Virus genome (UHGV): UHGV-0166076
DNA: 42,150 nt
Strand: one strand, 5' to 3'
Origin: a virus
The position numbers and the translations under genes were made by a program. The notes below the pieces were generated by a model. The model was not told where the DNA came from and ran no database searches. It was given only the letters and a program-made list of their open reading frames with translations. The first letter of the stretch is position 1. Each line of letters begins with the position of its first letter. Of this stretch, positions 36,587-42,150 are shown piece by piece.

Positions 36587-36782
36587 GTTCTGAAAATATC
36601 ACAATTTTATATTGACTAAGTTCTGAAAATATTCTATAATCAAGTTGTCAAGCAAAATTACAAAATAAATTCCAGCATTCTTATTATCGCAAGTTTTTTG
36701 CGATTTTTTCAGAACCCTATAATCACATTATACGCGATAATTTCAGAATGTCAAGAGTTATTTTTGCGATTTTTTCAGAATT
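36587..36782. promoter_or_regulatory. Immunity-switch operator and promoter region. Five copies of a TTC(T/A)GAA-core operator and two consensus sigma-A promoters arranged face to face.
   Basis: Operators: GTTCTGAAAATAT at 36587..36599 and 36620..36632, TTTTTTCAGAAC at 36703..36715, ATTTCAGAAT at 36738..36749, TTTTTTCAGAAT at 36768..36782. Rightward promoter: TTGACT (36612..36617), 17 nt, TATAAT (36635..36640). Leftward promoter: TTGACA (36754..36749), 16 nt, TATAAT (36732..36727). A 20-bp direct repeat TTTTTGCGATTTTTTCAGAA occurs twice. Confidence 0.65.
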
Positions 36783-36799
36783 TTGAAAGGAGTCTACAT

Positions 36800-37222
36800 A
36801 TGACACTGAGAGAACGCGTAAAACATCTATGCAAAGAACATGGAATTTCAATGAATAAATTGGAAAACGAGCTTAATTTTGGAAAAGGGTACATAAGCAA
36901 ATTAGGTTCAAGCCAACCAAATGTTAATAAGTTGCAGCAAATCGCTGATTACTTCAGCGTATCATTAGATTATTTAATGTCTGGGGAATCTAATGGCGAT
37001 AATCTGTCATTACTCACGGCGAAAGATGAACGCGACATTGCAAAAGACATGGAAAACATTAGAAATAAGTTAAAAAACAATGAAGAAGGTCCTGCTTCTT
37101 ATGACGGTCAAGCTATCCCGGAAGAAGATATTGACTTACTTCTTGGGCAAATCGAGCTGATGATGAGAAGATTAAAACCGATTAACAAAGAAAAGTACAA
37201 CCCTAACAAAAATAAAAAGTAG
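36800..37222 (+). CDS. XRE-family repressor (ImmR/CI-like).
   Basis: Start refined to MTLRERVKHLCKEHGISMNKLENEL, an HTH, behind a GAAAGGAG RBS. Followed by the ImmA protease gene. Confidence 0.75.
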   Translation: MTLRERVKHLCKEHGISMNKLENELNFGKGYISKLGSSQPNVNKLQQIADYFSVSLDYLMSGESNGDNLSLLTAKDERDIAKDMENIRNKLKNNEEGPASYDGQAIPEEDIDLLLGQIELMMRRLKPINKEKYNPNKNKK

Positions 37223-37666
37223 GTGTATAAATTGAGAACAAACGATATTAAGCGTTTAGTTGAATACTACATAAAGAAATTTAATACAAGAAATCCTTTT
37301 GAACTTGCAAACTGTTTAAATGTCGAAGTTCAATTAGGACCTTTGGGAAGTCGAGCTGGATGCTATATGTTTCTGAAAAATCACAAGTGCATTTTTCTGA
37401 ATGAAGATTTGGAAGAACATGAACTGAACCTTGTAATGGCTCATGAATTGGCGCACTCCATTCTTCATAGAAAAGAAAATTGTTACTTTATCAGAAATAA
37501 GACTCTTCTATTATCTTCTACCAATGAAATAGAAGCGAATATTTTTGCAGCAGAACTTCTAATACCAGATTCTTTGATCTATGAGAATCCGGGCATGACA
37601 AAAAGCCAGATTGCAAGGCTGGCTGGATATGATGAAAAGATTATGGATTTTAAAAATTTTAAATGA
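37223..37666 (+). CDS. immA: ImmA/IrrE-family metallo-endopeptidase (anti-repressor protease).
   Basis: HEXXH motif MAHELAHSILH. Directly follows the XRE repressor, as in ICEBs1 ImmR/ImmA. Start is GTG at 37223 or TTG at 37232. Confidence 0.8.
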   Translation: MYKLRTNDIKRLVEYYIKKFNTRNPFELANCLNVEVQLGPLGSRAGCYMFLKNHKCIFLNEDLEEHELNLVMAHELAHSILHRKENCYFIRNKTLLLSSTNEIEANIFAAELLIPDSLIYENPGMTKSQIARLAGYDEKIMDFKNFK

Positions 37667-37725
37667 TATAATCGCTACAGCGTTTATATAGAATGAAGTG
37701 GTGTGAGGTACAAAAAGGAGGAAAT

Positions 37726-38790
37726 ATGGAGTTTATCGAATCTATTAAACAGTTTTCGGAGCGCGTATCACTGATGAAAGATACTGTATCTACCGAAGAG
37801 GCAACAAAAATGTCTTTAATCGTCCCTATGTTTCAGATACTTGGGTACGATGTATTCAATCCACTGGAGTTTTGCCCGGAATATACAGCGGACGTTGGCA
37901 TTAAAAAAGGGGAAAAGGTTGACTATGCAATTTTGGATAATGGAGAACCAAACATTCTAATTGAATGCAAAAGTTGTTCCGAACAGCTAGATAAACATTC
38001 TTCACAACTATTCAGATATTTTGGAACGTCTCCTGCCAAATTCGGCATTCTGACAAACGGGATTATATACAGATTTTACACGGATTTGGAAGAAGCGAAT
38101 AAAATGGATCTGGTTCCATTCCTTGAAATAAACATGCTCAGCCTAAAAGACTCTTCCATAAATGAATTAAGGAAGTTTTGCAAGGAAAATTTCGACAGAG
38201 AAAAAATATTCAGCACAGCTGAAGAGTTGAAATATAGTTCGCTCATAAAAGGTGTGTTGTCAGATGAATTTGAATCACCATCAGAAGAATTTGTAAGGCT
38301 TGTACTCACGAATATATATGACGGACAGAAGAACCAAAGAGTGATAGAAAAATTCACTCCTGTTGTAAAAAGGGCGTTCTCCTCATTTGTGAATGAAATC
38401 GTGAATAACAAGATATCTTCTGCTTTATCAAAGGATAATGATGATGAAAAAACAGAAACAGAAGAAATCACAGAAGAACCCGTATCAAAAATCGTAACTA
38501 CGGAAGAAGAAATCGAATCATTCTACATTGTAAGAGGTATGCTCGCTGGAACCGTAGATGTTAACGATGTAGTACATAGAGATACAGAGAGCTACTTTGG
38601 AATCTTGTACAAAGATAATAATAGAAAGCCTATTTGTAGGATAAATCTCGACAAGAAAAACAAGCAATTATTCATTCCAGACGAAAATAAGAAAATGGAA
38701 CGTTTTTACATCGAAACACTCAATGATTTGTACAAATACAAAGACAGGTTAATCGAAGTAGTGAAAAGATATGCAGAGCAGGATAAATAA
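37726..38790 (+). CDS. HsdR-N-terminal-like (PD-(D/E)xK restriction-endonuclease-fold) domain protein. Candidate lysogen defence or exclusion factor.
   Basis: Start refined to MEFIESIKQF behind an AAAGGAGG RBS. Contains VDYAILDNGEPNILIECKS, a D...E.K nuclease motif. C-terminal region is unassigned. Confidence 0.5.
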   Translation: MEFIESIKQFSERVSLMKDTVSTEEATKMSLIVPMFQILGYDVFNPLEFCPEYTADVGIKKGEKVDYAILDNGEPNILIECKSCSEQLDKHSSQLFRYFGTSPAKFGILTNGIIYRFYTDLEEANKMDLVPFLEINMLSLKDSSINELRKFCKENFDREKIFSTAEELKYSSLIKGVLSDEFESPSEEFVRLVLTNIYDGQKNQRVIEKFTPVVKRAFSSFVNEIVNNKISSALSKDNDDEKTETEEITEEPVSKIVTTEEEIESFYIVRGMLAGTVDVNDVVHRDTESYFGILYKDNNRKPICRINLDKKNKQLFIPDENKKMERFYIETLNDLYKYKDRLIEVVKRYAEQDK

Positions 38791-38822
38791 AAAACAAATC
38801 GCAAAACGGGAGAAACTATACT

Positions 38823-39314
38823 ATGAAAAAGAAAATTGTAGCAATGATATTAGTAGGAGCTATGGCATTATCCATTACAGCGTGCGGTGGAGATAAAGAG
38901 CCAGAAAAAGAGAATACTGCGAAAACAGAGGCTACGGAAAAAGAACCGGAAGTCGAAGTGACGTATCAAAGTATTCTCGATGATTATACAAAGAAGATTG
39001 CTGATGCGACTCCGGGACTTGTGGAAGAATATAATAACGAAGCAGCTCCGATTGCCGGAGACTTAAATGCGCTTGCTGAATTATCAAATAGCAAGGTTGA
39101 AAAACTGGCCGAGATTTCTAATCAGGGCGTTTCCGAAATGGCTACGCTAATGCAGAAGAATGGGGACGAATACAGTGTTTATGAAGAATGGTCATTGAAA
39201 TTAACTGACGTATACACCCAATACGCAAAGCAGATCACTGACGCATACACTTCTTCCGCTGCCGGCATGAGTACGGAAGACCTGATGAATTCTCTCAATT
39301 CTTTAGGACAATAA
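38823..39314 (+). CDS. Lipoprotein, Ltp-like superinfection-exclusion candidate.
   Basis: Signal peptide with lipobox MKKKIVAMILVGAMALSITAC. Lies between the lysogeny module and the integrase. Confidence 0.6.
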   Translation: MKKKIVAMILVGAMALSITACGGDKEPEKENTAKTEATEKEPEVEVTYQSILDDYTKKIADATPGLVEEYNNEAAPIAGDLNALAELSNSKVEKLAEISNQGVSEMATLMQKNGDEYSVYEEWSLKLTDVYTQYAKQITDAYTSSAAGMSTEDLMNSLNSLGQ

Positions 39315-39489
39315 AATACCGCCCCAGTGCTACCAACACTGAGACGGTCTACATATCCGAAGATATGCGATTAAAATCCAAGAATATTGTATCATCTTCG
39401 GAAACAGCTTGCAATCCAGAACATTCGTTCATGTGCTGGCTGTTATTTTTATACCATTTTTGCATAAAATTAAATAAGGAGATGATAAC

Positions 39490-40965
39490 ATGGAAACGAA
39501 ATATGCTTTTGGATACGTCCGTGTATCCACTGGAAAGCAAGATGAATTATCCCCAGATTCCCAAGCGAAGTTGTTAAAAGATTACGCAAAGAGTCACGGG
39601 TATGTGGTGTCTAAGATTTTTTACGAGGTCGGGATTTCTGGAAGAAAAGCTGATAAGCGCCCGGAGTTCCAAAAAATGATTGGGCTCGCAAAAGCATCAG
39701 ATCATCCGGCAGATGCTATCTTAGTATGGAAATACAGCAGATTTGCGAGAAACCAAGAGGAAAGCATTGTATATAAGTCTCTGCTCAAAAAGAAGCACAA
39801 TGTGGATGTCATAAGCGTGTCAGAACCGTTGGTAGATGGCCCATTTGGCTCTCTGATAGAGCGAATCATCGAGTGGATGGACGAATATTATTCCGTTCGT
39901 CTCTCCGGAGAAGTAACCAGAGGAATGAAGGAGAAAGCAGAAAGAGGTGGATACCAAGCACGCCCACCGCTCGGGTATAAGATCGTGACGCATAAGGAAC
40001 CTCCGGTAATCGTTCCGGAAGAAGCTGAAATCGTGAAACTGATTTTTGAAAAGTATGCAAATGAGAACTTAGGAATATTTGAAATTGCTAGGCTTTTAAA
40101 TATGCATAATTTCAAAACCTCGCACGGGAAAGAATTTGAACGCCGGTCCATTGAATACATCCTACAAAACCCTACTTACTGCGGTATGATACGCTGGAAT
40201 CGGACAATCAATGAATCCAACGAAATCCGTCCGGAAAGCGAATGGATTGTAACCGATGGGGAGCATCCTGCAATCATAAGCAAGGAGCTATTCGATAAAG
40301 CACAGGAACGATACAAGAGAGAATACAGGCCACGTGGTTCGAGACCAGTAAGCACATACAAGCACTGGTTGTCTGGTGTCGTTAAGTGCCCAGCGTGCGG
40401 CAGGACAATGACTGCAAACACGATCAGGAATAACACAAGAGTGTACTCTCATTTTAGGTGCTATGGATACACAAAGGGAAAATGCATGGCGAACAACTCT
40501 ATCAGTTCGATTAAGCTAGAACCTGCGGTACTGGAATCCATCAAAACTGTGCTTAATAATGGTAAAATCACATACCGTAAGATCGAAGCCAAAACCGATG
40601 ACACTGTGGACTTAAAAACCATACTGGAAGACCAGATTAAAAAGATCGATGTGAAACTGCAAAGAATCAAAGAAGCCTACATGAACGGGATTGACACTAT
40701 GGAAGAATACAAGGAAAATAAACAGGCTGTACAAGAAGAAAAACAACACCTTGAAAAACAACTGTCCGAAATCAAGGAAGAAAAAAGCAACAGCAAAGAT
40801 GATGACGAGGACATGCTGCTAAGGGTGAAAAATGTGTACGATATTCTCTCTTCCGACTCTGTTGATGCGACAACCAAGAATGATGTGCTCAGGAGTGTTG
40901 TAGAAAAAATCATCTACGAAAAGGATAAGGACTTGTTAAAGGTTTATTACTACTACATGCCGTAA
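39490..40965 (+). CDS. int: Large serine recombinase (integrase).
   Basis: N-terminal resolvase domain YVRVSTGKQ with the catalytic Ser, recombinase domain, Cys-rich zinc ribbon (CPACG...C) and C-terminal coiled coil. AAGGAGA RBS. Confidence 0.9.
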   Translation: METKYAFGYVRVSTGKQDELSPDSQAKLLKDYAKSHGYVVSKIFYEVGISGRKADKRPEFQKMIGLAKASDHPADAILVWKYSRFARNQEESIVYKSLLKKKHNVDVISVSEPLVDGPFGSLIERIIEWMDEYYSVRLSGEVTRGMKEKAERGGYQARPPLGYKIVTHKEPPVIVPEEAEIVKLIFEKYANENLGIFEIARLLNMHNFKTSHGKEFERRSIEYILQNPTYCGMIRWNRTINESNEIRPESEWIVTDGEHPAIISKELFDKAQERYKREYRPRGSRPVSTYKHWLSGVVKCPACGRTMTANTIRNNTRVYSHFRCYGYTKGKCMANNSISSIKLEPAVLESIKTVLNNGKITYRKIEAKTDDTVDLKTILEDQIKKIDVKLQRIKEAYMNGIDTMEEYKENKQAVQEEKQHLEKQLSEIKEEKSNSKDDDEDMLLRVKNVYDILSSDSVDATTKNDVLRSVVEKIIYEKDKDLLKVYYYYMP

Positions 40966-41087
40966 ACCCTTGAAAACACTGGGTTTGCGGGTGTTTGTAG
41001 GTTGTTACAAAAAGGTCAACCTTTATGCAAGGGCATACAAGTAATATTCTTACCTATTATAATAGGATAAAAATGGTACAATATTCA

Positions 41088-41120
41088 CCCCTCAGAGAGC
41101 TAATCTCCGAGGGGGGTTTT
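41088..41120. terminator. GC-rich hairpin plus T-tract terminator.
   Basis: CCCCTC...GAGGGG stem then GGTTTTATT on the plus strand. Lies between the convergent int and amidase genes. The minus-strand side lacks an immediate U-tract. Confidence 0.55.
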
Positions 41121-41121
41121 A

Positions 41122-41862
41122 TTAAATAGATTTAACCGGTTCACGATACAATGGGTTCATCAGTCTCACATGCCATGGTGCATTTTTGCCCCAACTGTAG
41201 CATGGCATATCATGCCCAAAGTTATCCTTATAGACCTGCTGAATGATTTTTAACTCGTCTGGATGTGCTAAAGCTGTCACAACTCCATCATGATACCAAT
41301 AAACACATCCTTTTCCTTCTACTGTAAACATGCACTGCATATCTTCATTTTCTCCTTTCTGCTCTGCTGTTGCGACTTGATTTCCATTCATCAGTTCGCT
41401 GATGCGTTTAATAAAATACGTTTTTGTCGCTGTCGCACCACCGTGAATCTCCACTGATCTGTGCGGACAAGCTGTTGCGTACACCTCCTGATGTAACATG
41501 ATTGTGCTTGCACTTGGTGTAATTCCGTACTGCTTACATTTCTGCGCTGCTAACTGCAATGCTTTTTCTTCGTTCGCCTTAAAGGTATCCAAGTCCCCCA
41601 TGCTCTGGCAGACCTCTATACTCAAGAAATTGAGATTTCCGTTCAAGTATCCGCAGTGCCAAGCGCAATTTTCGTCATCTTCCGCCTGTAAGATTCCATC
41701 GCTGCACACATAATAATGGGCAAATCCGTTTTCCAAGTTTGCGTTTTGTAAGTAATTCCCGTAATACGCTGTCGTAGCATTCTGACCGTCTGCCCCATTA
41801 TGAATAAAAATACCGACAGGATTTTTACCTCTCCTGCCGGCAATTCCTCTACAAATACTCAT
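41122..41862 (-). CDS. N-acetylmuramoyl-L-alanine amidase endolysin (Amidase_2/PGRP fold) with an uncharacterised C-terminal domain.
   Basis: GIFIHNGADG ... CPHRS zinc-ligand pattern. The C-terminal ~80 aa are Trp/Cys-rich, a possible wall-binding domain. Confidence 0.8.
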   Translation of the reverse strand: MSICRGIAGRRGKNPVGIFIHNGADGQNATTAYYGNYLQNANLENGFAHYYVCSDGILQAEDDENCAWHCGYLNGNLNFLSIEVCQSMGDLDTFKANEEKALQLAAQKCKQYGITPSASTIMLHQEVYATACPHRSVEIHGGATATKTYFIKRISELMNGNQVATAEQKGENEDMQCMFTVEGKGCVYWYHDGVVTALAHPDELKIIQQVYKDNFGHDMPCYSWGKNAPWHVRLMNPLYREPVKSI

Positions 41863-41956
41863 TATTTCTCCTCCTGTTCTTCCTCCTGTTCTTCTGTCTC
41901 AAATGCTTTTTCCAGTTCCTCTGCTGTTGTTCTTCCAAATTCGTTCTGTTCGCTCA
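41863..41956 (-). CDS. Tiny acidic protein (30 aa) between holin and amidase.
   Basis: AGGAGGTGAG RBS. Translation: MSEQNEFGRTTAEELEKAFETEEQEEEQEEK. Overlaps the amidase start codon. Confidence 0.3.
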
Positions 41957-42010
41957 TGTTCTCACCTCCTTGCATAATAAAAGAGAGCCTGTTTCCAAGC
42001 TCTCCTGAAT

Positions 42011-42150
42011 CTATTTATATGTAAGCGCCCGTTCTGAGTCTCCTGTGCCCGGTGTTGTAGGATCTACCACTACACCAAGGATCGCCAACACTGCAAAAAG
42101 TGCATTGATTACGGTTAACAGCTTATCACCAAGGTCTCCAAGGTTGATGT
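42011..42150 (-). CDS. Holin, C-terminal portion (runs off the right edge). Continues in frame from 1..109 if the window is circular.
   Basis: Translation INLGDLGDKLLTVINALFAVLAILGVVVDPTTPGTGDSERALTYK*. Second TM plus the conserved DPTT.G..DS..AL.Y C-terminal signature of phiLC3/Hol44-type holins. Confidence 0.7.
   Translation of the reverse strand, partial: INLGDLGDKLLTVINALFAVLAILGVVVDPTTPGTGDSERALTYK

Noticed and set aside
38076-38471. Minus-strand 131-aa ORF inside the HsdR-N-like gene.
   Set aside because: It is antisense within a gene with good start signals and has Ser/Phe-rich low-complexity composition.
1-42150. CRISPR arrays, insertion sequences or transposase genes.
   Set aside because: No repeat-spacer periodicity and no transposase or IS terminal inverted repeats were seen. 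The only recombinase is the phage serine integrase.

Overview
The window is almost entirely the genome of a temperate siphovirus-type phage, probably of a low-GC Firmicutes / Clostridia host. The host guess rests on the PBSX-like terminase and XhlA-holin-amidase lysis cassette, the Listeria/Bacteroides (Flg_new) cell-wall-binding repeats, the large serine integrase and the ImmR/ImmA-type switch. No host housekeeping gene is visible.

Gene order:
- Minus strand, transcribed right to left, from about 36.6 kb down to 0.1 kb: cro-like regulator, Rha and ORF6N antirepressors, a recombination/replication module (Sipho_Gp157, Rad52/Sak, NinB, RusA, replisome organizer), an anti-restriction island (PAPS reductase, Zn ribbon, Lar, DNA methyltransferase), ArpU-like late regulator, two tRNA(-like) genes, small and large terminase, portal, Mu-F-like minor head protein, Prp protease, scaffold, major capsid, connector and tail-completion proteins, major tail protein, two tail-assembly-chaperone ORFs, tape measure, Dit, Tal, several fibre proteins including a collagen-like one, a CHAP-like protein with five Flg_new repeats, XhlA and a holin.
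- Plus strand, 36.8-41.0 kb: XRE repressor, ImmA-type metalloprotease, HsdR-N-like nuclease-domain protein, lipoprotein, large serine recombinase.
- Minus strand at the right edge: amidase endolysin, a tiny acidic ORF and the C-terminal half of a holin.

Main observations:
- The two holin fragments (1..109 and 42011..42150) join in frame across the window ends into one 82-aa holin. The window therefore looks like one complete circular or circularly permuted phage genome of about 42.15 kb, or one unit of a tandem repeat.
- A single in-frame TGA splits the PAPS-reductase gene.
- One tRNA carries the anticodon UAU.
- The minor head protein has a C-terminal RadC/JAB-like domain.
- The immunity switch has consensus face-to-face promoters and five TTCNGAA operators.
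- A small plus-strand gene with its own RBS and terminator sits in the early region.
- A nuclease-domain protein and a lipoprotein sit next to the integrase as a candidate defence module.
- Three adjacent fibre proteins share a C-terminal motif.
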